From positions 1,824,001-1,888,000 of the forward strand of contig OZ252243.1 of the NCBI GenBank assembly GCA_965249555.1: a stretch of 64,000 nucleotides of DNA, written 5' to 3'. The stretch's first letter is position 1. The number at the start of each line of letters is the position of its first letter. The notes beneath the pieces are model-generated. The model was given only the letters and a program-made list of their open reading frames with translations, ran no database searches and was not told where the DNA came from. This stretch comes from Nitrosopumilus sp. (GTDB taxonomy: Archaea; Thermoproteota; Nitrososphaeria; Nitrososphaerales; Nitrosopumilaceae). This document shows, piece after piece, positions 42,232 to 53,205 of this stretch. Made by a program: the position numbers and the translations under genes.

Positions 42232-43128
42232 ATGCCTTCTTTAGATGAAATTAGAAACCAATTAAATGAATACGAAAACGGTTTCGATCATTATCGTAAA
42301 AAATATCTAAAAGAATTAAGTGAATTAACGAAAAGAAATACAATTATCTATTATTCAGGTTGGTTGAATGGAAATGTTCCAAGTGTTTCGTTTGGAATTG
42401 ATGATAATGACATTAATGCATTCATGAGTTGTATACATGGATTAGATAAAACAAAAGGATTGGATTTGATTTTACATACTCCTGGCGGAGAGGTAGGAGC
42501 AACAGAATCTATTGTCCATTATCTCAGACAAATTTTTGGCATAGATATTCGTGTGATTGTCCCACAAATAGCAATGTCTGGTGGAACAATGATTGCTTGT
42601 TCATCAAAAGAAATATTGATGGGAAAACAATCTAGTTTAGGACCGATAGATCCTCAATACCGTGGAGTATCTGCACAAGGCGTATTATCAGAATTCAAAA
42701 AAGCTCAAGAAGATGTAAAAAAAGATAAAGATTCTATTCCTTTATGGCATTCTATAATATCAAAATATACTCCTACATTAATTGGTGAGTGTCAAAATGC
42801 TATCAAATGGTCTGAAGGAATTACTAGAGAATGGTTAAAAGACGGTATGTTAAAAGATAAAACAGACCCTGCTATACTTATCGATAAAATCATGTCGACT
42901 GTAGCAAGTCATGATAACACAAAATCTCATGAACGTCATATTTCTGCATCAAAAGCTATAGAAATAGGCCTTAATGTAAAAATGATTGAAGATGAACAAA
43001 AATTACAAGATGCGATTCTATCAGTTCATCATTCAACAATATTATCTCTAAATGCTGCCAGAATATTAAAAATAATAGAAAACCAAAATGGGAAAAGGAT
43101 GATTGGGATTTATGAATTACCAAAATAA
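42232..43128 (+). CDS. ClpP/SppA-fold serine protease (SDH_sah family)
   Basis: LILHTPGG, AMSGGTMIA, SLGPIDPQ, SHERHI motifs. Confidence 0.88.
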   Translation: MPSLDEIRNQLNEYENGFDHYRKKYLKELSELTKRNTIIYYSGWLNGNVPSVSFGIDDNDINAFMSCIHGLDKTKGLDLILHTPGGEVGATESIVHYLRQIFGIDIRVIVPQIAMSGGTMIACSSKEILMGKQSSLGPIDPQYRGVSAQGVLSEFKKAQEDVKKDKDSIPLWHSIISKYTPTLIGECQNAIKWSEGITREWLKDGMLKDKTDPAILIDKIMSTVASHDNTKSHERHISASKAIEIGLNVKMIEDEQKLQDAILSVHHSTILSLNAARILKIIENQNGKRMIGIYELPK

Positions 43129-43140
43129 TCATAATTCCAG

Positions 43141-43342
43141 GTTCTCCCATACGAAATTGTCTCCAACCCTACTGAGGACACTTCCTAGCGTGTTTTGCTG
43201 AATCAGGACACATCTGCACTGTGCGACGATGCAAGTTCTGCATATGCGATTAGTTTTTCTGCCGTTGCAAATGATACAAAGTCAGTCCATTGTTTTTGTG
43301 AAATATTCCATAATAATCTAGGGCAGCAGGTACCCAATCATC
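43141..43342 (-). mobile_element. IS1595-family fragment
   Basis: Reverse-complement similarity to 14798-15077 including the TIR. Confidence 0.7.
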
Positions 43343-43614
43343 TGTTCTTTAAATTACTGTACAAGTCATTCTATAACTAGTTGAGGCTTGGGCATAATGA
43401 TTTACAAAAAAACCAAGACTTTTCTCTAACAGCAAAGCATTCTTTTCACAGTCCTTGGATTTTCACTTTTAATTACACAGACGTTATACGAAATCTTTTT
43501 CATATCTTGTGATGTATACCTACTGTTGGGCCTGAGAGTTGAATGGATACTGCCATGTACAAGGGCGTTTAACAGACTAACTCAAAGTAAGCGGAAAACA
43601 AAATACCACATAGA

Positions 43615-44751
43615 TGAGCATAATCCATTCTAATTTTTAACCGATTTCTCAAATTATTCAAATGGAAAAAGCCAAGGATCTCATCATGTTTTGTTCATTG
43701 GAATGATTACAAAACAAATAAAAATCCCAGGCAAGATTCTATGTGAGTCATTTCTTATTAGTATTTTGTATCTGGTTGGAACACTATATCTGTATGAGAA
43801 TGCAGTGAGACGAGGACGGCCATATGTCTATTCAACTGTTCTGATGGTTCAGTTATTCATCGTAAAGTCATGGATGAGAATTCCAAGTAACAACACACTG
43901 CATTATTTTCTCTCAATCAAATGTACCAATGACAAATTACTCAAGGTTTGCAGACTAAACCAAATCCCTGACAGAAGGACAATTGACAGAAGATTTCAAT
44001 GCTTGCCAATCAATGAAATTATTAGCACTGTAGGAAATTTGTTTGTCTCAGAAGGATTGGTGAATAGTGAATCAGCATCAGTTGATAGTTCAATGCTAAA
44101 AGCTTCAGGTCCAGTATGGCACAAATCAGACATCAAAAAGAATCACCTACCAATTGCAGGAATTGACACAAATGCCAAGTGGGGATTCTCCAAATCAAAG
44201 GGTTGGGTGTATGGATACAAACTACACATGAGGTATAGTACGGGAAGACTAGTTGTTCCATTATCTGCCATGTGTAACTACTGCAAATGTCCATGATAGC
44301 AAGCCATATGAGAAATTGATTGGGTCACTTTCTGGATTGATGAATAGTATATGGTGTGATCCGGCATATGATGATTCCAAACTATACGAGTCAACTAAGA
44401 ATAATGCCATGAGATTAATCTGTCCGGTCAAAAAATACCCGTCTACGCCGCCAGCCAGAATAAAGTTGATAGGGTTTTACAATTCAGCAGTTGGTCGGAA
44501 ATTATATTCTCAGAGAAAAATATCAATTGAACCACTCTTTGAAATAATCAAGGATACGTTTAACATTAGAACAGTTCCGGTGAAAGGATTTGAGAATATA
44601 TAATCATTCGTGCTGATTTGCGTGCTGGTGTATCAGTTGGCAGTGTATTGTAACTGTGTAATTGGAAGTGGGAATCCAAGGATTGTGAAAAGAATGCTTT
44701 GCTGTTAGAGAAAAGTCTTGGTTTTTTTGTAAATCATTATGCCCAAGTCTC
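43615..44751 (+). mobile_element. IS982/IS5-like element copy 2, frameshifted; extra end fragments at 40599-40835 and 43383-43478
   Basis: Near-identical to 22480-23620 in opposite orientation. Confidence 0.88.
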
Positions 44752-44879
44752 ACGTAATTATACTAGATATTTACAAAAAATGAGATACATTAACCAACTA
44801 ATAGAAAAGGGCATTGAGAGAAATTTTATATTGAATCAAATTAAAAATACATTATCAGAAATAATAAGAACATACTAAA

Positions 44880-45113
44880 TTAATCAGAATAAGTTAATTT
44901 CCAAAAAACATTATGAATACAAGAACCAAGCTTGGGGGCTTTCTCCCCATTATCAAAAAGCATACTATAAGCTTGAGATGGGACATAACAATTTTCGTCT
45001 TCGTGATCCTCAACATGAGAGTGATATTCATAACATCCGTTAATTTTAAAAAATTCCCCGCTTTGTACCAACACCTCTCCTTTTATTGCATTTTGTAAAA
45101 TCATGTTATTCAC
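44880..45113 (-). CDS. Small hypothetical protein
   Basis: 77-aa ORF with His/Cys cluster. Confidence 0.4.
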   Translation of the reverse strand: MNNMILQNAIKGEVLVQSGEFFKINGCYEYHSHVEDHEDENCYVPSQAYSMLFDNGEKAPKLGSCIHNVFWKLTYSD

Positions 45114-45900
45114 AATTATTTTAGTAAGAATTGTATATATAGATTTTATTAGTTAAAATTACATAAAACTAAGATGCTAGGGATTTTAATAAAATAGATG
45201 GGATTGAATAAGGTTAAATTTCTGCAACTAAAAGGACTTTATTATTTTCCATGATAAAGCCTATTGTTTCAGATATTTTGGTATGTGATATTTATGCAAA
45301 AAAAGGAGGAGGACACACAATTATTGAGATAGAAACTGGATTCACTCCGCCCGAACATGCAATGGACACTGTTGATATTATGCTGCAAGAATTATGAGCA
45401 AGATTTCTAGATATAGTCAATATTGCTCAAAGTTTTCCTTGGCAACTCCTGTAATTGGAATTTTACCAATCTCAAAAATTTTCTTATCATCCCCAAATGC
45501 AAGAAATGAAGAAGAAATAAACAAAGTCAAAGATCTATGTGATCGCTATTACAAAAATCCTCCAATAAAATACGACGATATTCAAAATGCGCACCTTCAT
45601 TCGATTTATCTGATAAATATCGATAAAGGATTTGCAAAGGAACTTGATCTACAAGGCTATGTTGATTTAACTGAAAGCCTTCTTAGCCGCAGTGAAGTAG
45701 AGTTCTAGCCGTCCTTTTAATTTAGAAAAAATTCAAATTCATCTATTGTTTATGACATGTAAGATGATTTGCGCTGCGTGTGAGACAAGAAAGCACTACG
45801 AATGTATTGATTGTATGAATAACCACAAAACACATCTGTGTTCCTGTGATTGTCATGATGAGAATACTGGACCTCACGATACTGGGCAATCCCACTGATC

Positions 45901-46581
45901 TTAATTCTTGAATTTTCTTTCAATCTCTTGTGCCATTATTTCTAACTGACTTGTATCTCCCAACTTCCTGTAGGTTAATTTTTCCAGGGTTTTGATGATG
46001 CTAATTGCTGCTCTGTATTGTGGAATATCTGGCTGATTTAGTTCTCCATACATTCCTATTCCTTGAATTCCATTTTTCTTTGCAAATCCGAGAATCAACC
46101 CGTTGAATCCTGTAATTATTGATTTTTGAGGAGTTATCTCTACATTGAGTTTCTCCATCTGCTTTGTAAGTTCTATTGATGTTGTAGTGATGTATGTCTT
46201 GGGATTATTATCTAAAACTCTATTAGTATGAAAACCTCCAAATGTATAAATGAACTTTGCAGAATATTTTTTTGCAACATCAATTACATCCTGACATAAA
46301 GCGTTTATCTCACTGTTGCTTTGAGGTTGTCCTTTTCCTCCCCCAAATACTATCAAATCATCTGTATACCTGTACTCCCAACTCTCATTTGGAAGATCAA
46401 TGTATCCTCCTCTATCAACTACATATGTTGGATCTAGTGTTCTTGCGACTCTAAATGTTTTTGTTCTTAAAGAATCGTTGATGAAATTTACTACCACGCT
46501 TCCAACATTCCCCATATCTTGCATTGCTGCAATAACAATTGGTTTCTCTACAGTTGGTTCTTCAGCTTGTGTAAATTCCAT
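45901..46581 (-). CDS. PAC2-family proteasome assembly chaperone
   Basis: DMGNVG, IYTFGGF, ITGFNGLIL motifs. Confidence 0.88.
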   Translation of the reverse strand: MEFTQAEEPTVEKPIVIAAMQDMGNVGSVVVNFINDSLRTKTFRVARTLDPTYVVDRGGYIDLPNESWEYRYTDDLIVFGGGKGQPQSNSEINALCQDVIDVAKKYSAKFIYTFGGFHTNRVLDNNPKTYITTTSIELTKQMEKLNVEITPQKSIITGFNGLILGFAKKNGIQGIGMYGELNQPDIPQYRAAISIIKTLEKLTYRKLGDTSQLEIMAQEIERKFKN

Positions 46582-46641
46582 AATTTTTCTGAAATCTAAT
46601 CAATTTTAAACATATGCTCTTGAAAAATATATAACGTATTA

Positions 46642-47052
46642 TCAAGTATAATATCTTTTGAAGCCTTTATCCGTTGGATAAAGCTCGACTTTATTTCCAG
46701 TAAACCCGCTTTTCTTTACCACTTTCATCAATCCTTGATCTTCTAAATCTTTCAAAATGGTTTCTAACTCTTGATTACTTATGCCAATGTTTTTTTGAAT
46801 TTTATTGAAATCTTTGACTCCCTTGTTTAATTCTCCTAAAACCTGTGTCTCCTTGTTTTGTGGCTTTTCAAATGATTTTACTCTTTCAATTGTTTCGGGC
46901 CTTTTTTCTATTCCTGAATTACTTGAACTAAACTGATCTTCATTAAATGGATCCTTTCCTTTTCTCCATTTTTTTACTAGACGAGGAACTATTCTAGCTA
47001 GGGGAATTAAGAAAAATATTAGATAAATCCAGGAAAAACCTTCCTCAACCAT
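46642..47052 (-). CDS. Membrane-anchored wHTH protein
   Basis: Likely start MVEEGFSW; TM helix then LETILKDLEDQGLM...LYPTDKG. Confidence 0.6.
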   Translation of the reverse strand: MVEEGFSWIYLIFFLIPLARIVPRLVKKWRKGKDPFNEDQFSSSNSGIEKRPETIERVKSFEKPQNKETQVLGELNKGVKDFNKIQKNIGISNQELETILKDLEDQGLMKVVKKSGFTGNKVELYPTDKGFKRYYT

Positions 47053-47255
47053 GCCTAAAGTCACAATAACTGATTTATTATTTGTTATTTTGTATTGTGA
47101 ACTGTACTGTATTGAGCCTAGAGATCTACTGTATCTTTTTTCCAATACGATACAACTCTGTCATATTTTAACTCTTGTAGATTTTAATTCATTATTTGAT
47201 GATCGAAAGAAACATGAAAGATTCATAAGGCAAAAAAACAATCCAACCACAAATT

Positions 47256-48980
47256 ATGGAGACATCACTAGAAACCATTGGCACATTGGAATATGTTCTT
47301 GATAAATATTCCAAAATCTGGAGTTGGAAGATTTCTGGTGATCGTGCGGTAAACATGATCTCAAGACTAGTTCCTGAAGCTTGGTATGGCGAAAATGTAA
47401 ATGAAATAATTATTTCTGATAACATTGAAAATGTAAAACAAATTAAACTAATTATGGATCGATATCCCCTTGAAATTCTATCAAAATATGTATGGCAAAG
47501 AAAAATCATAAAGACTTATGCGCCAAAACCCATTTTGCCTCCAATTAAACATAAACTAAAACGTGCAAAAGCCGGCACACAATTCCGAGGAAAACTTTTG
47601 AATTTCCAAAAAGAGGGATTAGATTTTTTACTGAAATCTTCTGGTAATGCATTACTGGCTGATGAGATGGGTCTTGGAAAAACTGTGGAAACATTATCTT
47701 ATGTAGCAACTGAAAAACAAACATTTCCTGTACTTGTTATTGCACCTTTAGTTACATTACATAATTGGGAACGGGAGATTGCAAAGTTTCTAAAGAAAAA
47801 GAGTAGAAATGGAAGAATCGTTGAATCAAAATCCCCTAGTGTCACACTTATTCGAACTGGGAAATCTAAAGAACTTCCAAAGTCTGACATTTACGTAATC
47901 AACTATGAATTACTTTTCAAGAGAAATCCTGATTTAGCCAAACTTGGAATAAAGACTATAGTTTGTGATGAGGTACACAACCTAAGGTCAAAAACTACTC
48001 AGAAATACAAGGCAGTCAAAAAACTTGCTGCGCTTCCTTCAGTGTTGTACAGAATTGGTCTTTCTGGCACTCCAATTTACAATCGTGGTTCAGAAATCTG
48101 GCCAATTATTGATATCATCAAGCCAGGACTACTTGGCAGCTTTAAGGAATTTTGTGAATACTTTTGTTATGTAAATGAAAAGGGGAAGGCTATTGTTTTG
48201 GAAAATAAACGAGCCTCGCTTAGACATGAATTACAAAAGCATGTGATGTTGAGAAGGAAAAAGTCTGATGTCCTAAAAGAACTCAAAGACAAGGTTCGTT
48301 ACAAAGAAGTCATTGCATCAGATACTGATTATTATCTTGAAGAGCTTGATAAAATCTGGAAGAAGCTTGAGGAAGAGCAAAAAGTTGCAGAAACTGAATT
48401 CTCAAAGTCTGCATCATATCAACGAGCAATTCAAAGTGAGAGACAGATTGCAGGTCTTGCAAAACTTCCACATGTGATTAATTTTGTTAAAAATATTATG
48501 GAGATTGAAGAAAGTGTAGTAGTGTTTTGCCATCACAAGGTAATTCACAAACTACTTCATCAAAGTCTTCAGGAATTTTCTCCTGTTGCGATAATTGGGG
48601 GACAAACAGATTCATTTAGACAGGATCAAATTGACAAATTCCAGAAAGGTGAATCAAAACTAATGATTGCAGGTCTTCGTGCTGGAAATGTTGGAATTAA
48701 CTTGACTAAAGCAAAGTATGTCATCTTTGCAGAACTTGATTGGAGTCCTGCAATCCATAGACAAGCTGAAGATAGATTACACAGAATTGGTCAGAAAAAT
48801 ACTGTTTTTGCATACTACTTGATTGGAAACGGAACATTAGATGATCATGTTGCTGATATCTTGGTAGATAAGAGCTACGAGATTGATGCAATAATTGATG
48901 ACTCGGCTGATAACTATGAAAATAAAAACAAGGCCGAACTGATCTTAGCTCAGATACAAGACAAGATTCGCTCCAAATAA
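47256..48980 (+). CDS. SNF2-family (SMARCAL1-like) helicase/ATPase
   Basis: LADEMGLGKT, CDEVH, LSGTP, GNVGINL, QAEDRLHRIGQ. Confidence 0.95.
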   Translation: METSLETIGTLEYVLDKYSKIWSWKISGDRAVNMISRLVPEAWYGENVNEIIISDNIENVKQIKLIMDRYPLEILSKYVWQRKIIKTYAPKPILPPIKHKLKRAKAGTQFRGKLLNFQKEGLDFLLKSSGNALLADEMGLGKTVETLSYVATEKQTFPVLVIAPLVTLHNWEREIAKFLKKKSRNGRIVESKSPSVTLIRTGKSKELPKSDIYVINYELLFKRNPDLAKLGIKTIVCDEVHNLRSKTTQKYKAVKKLAALPSVLYRIGLSGTPIYNRGSEIWPIIDIIKPGLLGSFKEFCEYFCYVNEKGKAIVLENKRASLRHELQKHVMLRRKKSDVLKELKDKVRYKEVIASDTDYYLEELDKIWKKLEEEQKVAETEFSKSASYQRAIQSERQIAGLAKLPHVINFVKNIMEIEESVVVFCHHKVIHKLLHQSLQEFSPVAIIGGQTDSFRQDQIDKFQKGESKLMIAGLRAGNVGINLTKAKYVIFAELDWSPAIHRQAEDRLHRIGQKNTVFAYYLIGNGTLDDHVADILVDKSYEIDAIIDDSADNYENKNKAELILAQIQDKIRSK

Positions 48981-49078
48981 CTAAATCTTGATCTATTCAT
49001 AAAAAACTAAATTTAGTCATGGTTACTAGCAAAAATATTTTTCAATACGCTTAAGTTTAAAATAATCTAGCAAAATTT

Positions 49079-49294
49079 GTGGATATTTATTCAACAAGGG
49101 TACCTGTTATTTTGATAATTGTACTTGTGGGTATTCTCATATTGCAGTATGTGACTAATGAACAAAATACCAGTACATTGATAGATTATGAAACATGTGA
49201 ATTATACATTAAAGATCCTCAAATTAACGCTAAGCAATTCTTGAATGAATATGATTCTAAATGCCTAGAAATGAAAAAAATTGCTTCGCCCTAA
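49079..49294 (+). CDS. Small membrane protein
   Basis: N-terminal TM helix. Confidence 0.55.
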   Translation: MDIYSTRVPVILIIVLVGILILQYVTNEQNTSTLIDYETCELYIKDPQINAKQFLNEYDSKCLEMKKIASP

Positions 49295-49944
49295 ATTTCT
49301 AGCTTATTTTTCAGTTTAGATAATTTTTCAGCAATGCTGTCTTTTTTTAGTTGTTCAATCTGAGAATCATTAATTTCTTTTACAATCTCATCAATTATAC
49401 TCAGAATTTCAACTTCTGATTTGGATTCATCAAAATTAGTATTATCAAATCCTTCTGTCTCTGTTTTGTCAATCTCTTCTATTCCTTCAGGTAAAATCTC
49501 ATAAATTTTGACTAGTCTATCTTTTTGTCTTTGTGGTGACATTAGAACCAATTGAGATTTTCTTAATTTTTCTACATCTGCCATTAGTTTGTCTTGAGAT
49601 GTTCTAAGAATGTCTGTAATCTGCTCTATACTGCAAGACTTTATTTGAAGAAGACGCAAAATTTTTGCCCATGTTGGAATATTGTTACTCCAAAGAATTT
49701 CTCGTGCAAGATTTGTGATGGAAAAAGAACCATCACTGTTTAATGATATCATTTTTCTGTCTTTTAATGATGCAAGTGCATCAAGAATTCTTCCAATCCC
49801 TAGTCTCTTTAATTCTGAATTCTCTAAATTATTTTCATTAAATACTCCATTTTCTTTAATTGCTAAATCTAAAATTTCCAAATCAATAGTACCTAGTTTT
49901 CTCATATTATGTATATCTCTCTTCAAGAATATATGTGGATTCAC
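49291..49944 (-). CDS. Tandem wHTH hypothetical protein
   Basis: Two wHTH-like segments; true start may be MRKLG. Confidence 0.6.
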   Translation of the reverse strand: MNPHIFLKRDIHNMRKLGTIDLEILDLAIKENGVFNENNLENSELKRLGIGRILDALASLKDRKMISLNSDGSFSITNLAREILWSNNIPTWAKILRLLQIKSCSIEQITDILRTSQDKLMADVEKLRKSQLVLMSPQRQKDRLVKIYEILPEGIEEIDKTETEGFDNTNFDESKSEVEILSIIDEIVKEINDSQIEQLKKDSIAEKLSKLKNKLEI

Positions 49945-49956
49945 ATAATTTGATTT

Positions 49957-50580
49957 ATGGTTCTATACCAACTACCAAAATTATCATATGGTTATGATGA
50001 ACTAGAACCATTCATTGATACAGAAACAATGAAGATTCATCATCAAAAACATCATCAGGCATATGTTGATGGATTAAACAAATCCCTTGAACAAGTTGGC
50101 AGTGCATCACATCCTCAGTATATTTCATCTATTCTCTCTAATCTAAAATCAATTCCTGAATCTGGACAAAGTGCAATCAATTTTTTTGGTGGAGGTTTTG
50201 AGAATCACAGGTTGTTTTGGGAAACAATGACTCCAAATAGTGACGGTGAACCTGGAGGAAAACTAGAAGATTCAATTGATGTTTATTTTGATAATTTTGA
50301 GAATTTTAAAAAAGTTTTTTCAGAAAAAGCAATTTCAATTCAAGGAAGTGGTTGGTGTTGGTTGGTCTTCAATCAGACTTTTAATAAAATCGAAATCATT
50401 ACAACTTCAAATCAAGACAGTCCTTGGATCTTTCAAAAAATTCCCTTGTTGGGATTGGATGTTTGGGAGCATGCATACTATCTGAAATATCAAAACAAAA
50501 GACCTGATTATGTTAATGCATGGTGGAATACTGTTAACTGGGATTATGTGGAAAATCGATTCACAGAACTTCCTGGATAA
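49957..50580 (+). CDS. sod: Fe/Mn superoxide dismutase
   Basis: HHQKHHQAYV, NHRLFW, GSGWCW, DVWEHAYYL. Confidence 0.97.
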   Translation: MVLYQLPKLSYGYDELEPFIDTETMKIHHQKHHQAYVDGLNKSLEQVGSASHPQYISSILSNLKSIPESGQSAINFFGGGFENHRLFWETMTPNSDGEPGGKLEDSIDVYFDNFENFKKVFSEKAISIQGSGWCWLVFNQTFNKIEIITTSNQDSPWIFQKIPLLGLDVWEHAYYLKYQNKRPDYVNAWWNTVNWDYVENRFTELPG

Positions 50581-50619
50581 AATATCTGATTTGGGTAAAT
50601 TCTTTTAAAGAAAAAACCA

Positions 50620-51918
50620 ATGTATTTTTTAATGAATAAGAGTCTAAGATACATTGCATTTCTTGCAATTATTCCCTTGTTTACTGCAGGGTTGACTACT
50701 GACTATTTCACAGATGCTGAAGCACTCAAAAGCAAAGGTACTAAATCTTTACAGTATGGTTCTAGTACAAATGTCTGTGGATTGCAGTTATGTTCTGAAA
50801 TTCCAGGCGGTAAAAACGCATGGATGGAACAGCAAAAACAACCAACTCCTGTAGCACCAGTTGCTGAAGAAGAAGCCATGATGGAAGAAGCCATGATGGA
50901 AGAAACCATGATGGAAGAAACCATGATGGAAGAAGTAACTGAAGCAGACTTGGGTTCTGTACTTAGATTATCAAGAGCAAACGTTCCAACAGATATTCCA
51001 TTGCATCAAGGATACTATGACGGCGGAGATGTTTATTTCATCATCACTGATTCTAGTGATCCTACTCATGCAGAAATCATTACAGAAAATCAAGGATGGC
51101 AAGTAGAGCTTGCTCCTTTATTGGTAAATGCTCCTGATGAGGCACTTTCAAAAACATACATGTTCACCAACGGCATTGATGGTGGTGGTGTTCATGGATA
51201 TCAAAGTGAAGTCTTTACAAGTACACCTGCACAAGCAGATGTGTACAGTGCATTGACTTCTCATGTCCATGTTACATGGAATGAAGGTGCTACACCAAGA
51301 GTACTTGATTCAGATGCAATGATTATGGAAGCGACTGATAATGAAGAAATCACATTAACAGAAGTTAATGTGGTTTTGAATATGCCACAAATCATTTGGC
51401 CTGATGGTCAGATGATGGTCAAAGAAGACAAAACTTTGACTGACGAAACACCTTATGGTGGTGGCCAAGTTCTTGATATCAATACAGAAGAGATGACTGT
51501 AACTTTTATTGCTCATCGTGGATGGGGTCCAGATGGTAGAACAATCTATTACATTGTAACAGATGCTACTCCAAGTGGTCCTGCCGGAATGATGGGTGTT
51601 GTAAGTTCACCTTCATCTGCAAGCTTGATTGCAAACTCAGCAGCAGTAGACTTGTATCAATTCAGAAATGGTTTGACCGGAACTGGTCCATTAGGATTTC
51701 AACCTGGAATAGCGGCAGGAGCTCCTGGTGATGTAAACTATTCTCCTATGTGGAGAATTTTCATGATAGGATGGGAAAATCCTGATAAAGCACAATTACT
51801 AGAAACCATAGATGACATGAATGCATACAAGGAAGCTGGCTTGATCGATATTGGTATTGCTCGTCCAATGGATAGTGATCACATTGTTAACTGTCCATTC
51901 ATTGATCCATTCCAATAA
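50620..51918 (+). CDS. Secreted protein with two internal repeat domains and an (EEAMM)n linker
   Basis: Signal peptide; duplicated YFIITD/YYIVTD...YS modules; 15-bp GAAGAA(G/A)CCATGATG tandem at ~50869-50934. Confidence 0.75.
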   Translation: MYFLMNKSLRYIAFLAIIPLFTAGLTTDYFTDAEALKSKGTKSLQYGSSTNVCGLQLCSEIPGGKNAWMEQQKQPTPVAPVAEEEAMMEEAMMEETMMEETMMEEVTEADLGSVLRLSRANVPTDIPLHQGYYDGGDVYFIITDSSDPTHAEIITENQGWQVELAPLLVNAPDEALSKTYMFTNGIDGGGVHGYQSEVFTSTPAQADVYSALTSHVHVTWNEGATPRVLDSDAMIMEATDNEEITLTEVNVVLNMPQIIWPDGQMMVKEDKTLTDETPYGGGQVLDINTEEMTVTFIAHRGWGPDGRTIYYIVTDATPSGPAGMMGVVSSPSSASLIANSAAVDLYQFRNGLTGTGPLGFQPGIAAGAPGDVNYSPMWRIFMIGWENPDKAQLLETIDDMNAYKEAGLIDIGIARPMDSDHIVNCPFIDPFQ

Positions 51919-52040
51919 GATCTAATCTCTTTTTTTCTTTTTTTAAATTCTTTACATTTGTTAACTTTAATTAAAAAATTCTAACAAATTTTCAGAGAAT
52001 TAACTACCTGATTTATCTTTGATTATGAGAATACTACTGT

Positions 52041-52415
52041 ATGGGTATTGCTGGAATGTTTATGCTTAATGCAGAAGAGTACAAAACAGAAAAAATACAT
52101 CAAGCCCTTGATATGCTATATGTAGATAGAAAAAATGAATTTCGTGAATTGTCGCTAGTACTGCTTAATGAAAAGGCACTACAAGTCATTCCCCATTGGA
52201 AAGAATTTGTTTTGAATTTCTGCTTAGATGTTGAAGAGGCCTTTAAGACATGGTCTGGTCAAAGTTCTCTATCTGTATATTCTCCACAAAAAGCATTGAC
52301 CTTGTTAAGACAACTGGCACATGACAAGACATCCATGAATCAACTTGCACATCTGCTTAATTTGTCATGTACTATTTCACTCGAATTCAAAGAGATCTAT
52401 AGGCGCCTAAGGTAA
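52041..52415 (+). CDS. Conserved hypothetical protein
   Basis: 124-aa ORF. Confidence 0.6.
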   Translation: MGIAGMFMLNAEEYKTEKIHQALDMLYVDRKNEFRELSLVLLNEKALQVIPHWKEFVLNFCLDVEEAFKTWSGQSSLSVYSPQKALTLLRQLAHDKTSMNQLAHLLNLSCTISLEFKEIYRRLR

Positions 52416-52452
52416 TTTTTTTCTATTTTTAATTTCAATACCCAAATATTAT

Positions 52453-52662
52453 CTAGTTTTCTTGAATGTATCCATTACGAATTAGTGCATCTAATCCATC
52501 AAAAAATATTCTATCATCAAGTTTTTGATCATGCCATATTTTTGCACGATTTTTAAACCAATTGGGAATTTCAGAAGAACCTGATTCGGATATTATCAAA
52601 TTCGTATCAAATGGTACGTAATTTAGCGATTCATAAATTTTATTTTCAATAGGAATAATCAA
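52453..52662 (-). pseudogene. Fragment with thaumarchaeal C-terminal IPxW surface-protein motif
   Basis: EIPNWFKNRAKIW...FFDGLDALIRNGYI without an N-terminal body. Confidence 0.45.
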
Positions 52663-52865
52663 CTACACCTTATTCAGAAATCGCCTTTATCTCTGCGAAT
52701 GTAATCTGGTCAAAGTCCAACGAGTTGTTAGATGCTTTGGAGAACTTTTCTTTCATATTAAAAAATAGAATTATGCAAGAAATAGAAAAAGATCCATCCC
52801 AAATGCGTTTACTATGGAATGACCTTACTGATGAATGGCAGTACTAAACTTCTTTATTGAGAAAT

Positions 52866-53009
52866 TTATCCTCTGCCGATTCTGAAAATGGCTGTACTGC
52901 ATTTTGGGCAAGTACCCTTTACTGCAGGTTTACCATTTTTCATGGTGTATGGTCCAGCGCCTTGAATTTCACGTTTATCTCGGCACTTTACACAATATCC
53001 TATTGTCAT
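52866..53009 (-). CDS. DUF5679 small zinc-binding protein (47 aa)
   Basis: Manual translation MTIGYCVKCRDKREI...MKNGKPAVKGTCPKCSTAIFRIGRG. Confidence 0.8.
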   Translation of the reverse strand: MTIGYCVKCRDKREIQGAGPYTMKNGKPAVKGTCPKCSTAIFRIGRG

Positions 53010-53205
53010 AATTGCACTAGGCTCTAAGTCGTATTAGCGAGAACTTGTTGAACTTTTTTCACTAAGAAGCAAACCCATAATCTGAATTATTGTGTCGTGT
53101 AACAATTTTTTCTGTATTTGATATTTTTCTGTTCAATTTAGGAACAAATTGTTCGAATTTTTTAAATAATTGGCAATTTTTGAAGCAAATTATTTTGTCA
53201 AAATT

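Larger units (their letters stand above)
40599..44751. mobile_element. Composite transposon bounded by IS982/IS5-like ends
   Basis: GAGAC...GTCTC outer ends with 8-bp TSD ACGTAATT (40591-40598, 44752-44759); the interrupted ORF from 40319 resumes in frame (ERNYTRYLQKMRY...IIRTY*). Confidence 0.85.
39267..45708 (+). pseudogene. Conserved PD-(D/E)XK-like gene split by a 5.8-kb insertion and frameshifted
   Basis: 5' part MDLEKFRND...RGYAVDVEKGV (to 39484) continues SDILVCDIYAKK...IEIETGFTPPEH...MSKISRYS from 45265; TGTTT duplicated at the junctions. Confidence 0.8.

Noticed and set aside
50869-50934. 15-bp tandem repeat
   Set aside because: In-frame low-complexity EEAMM/EETMM linker; ordinary coding repeat.
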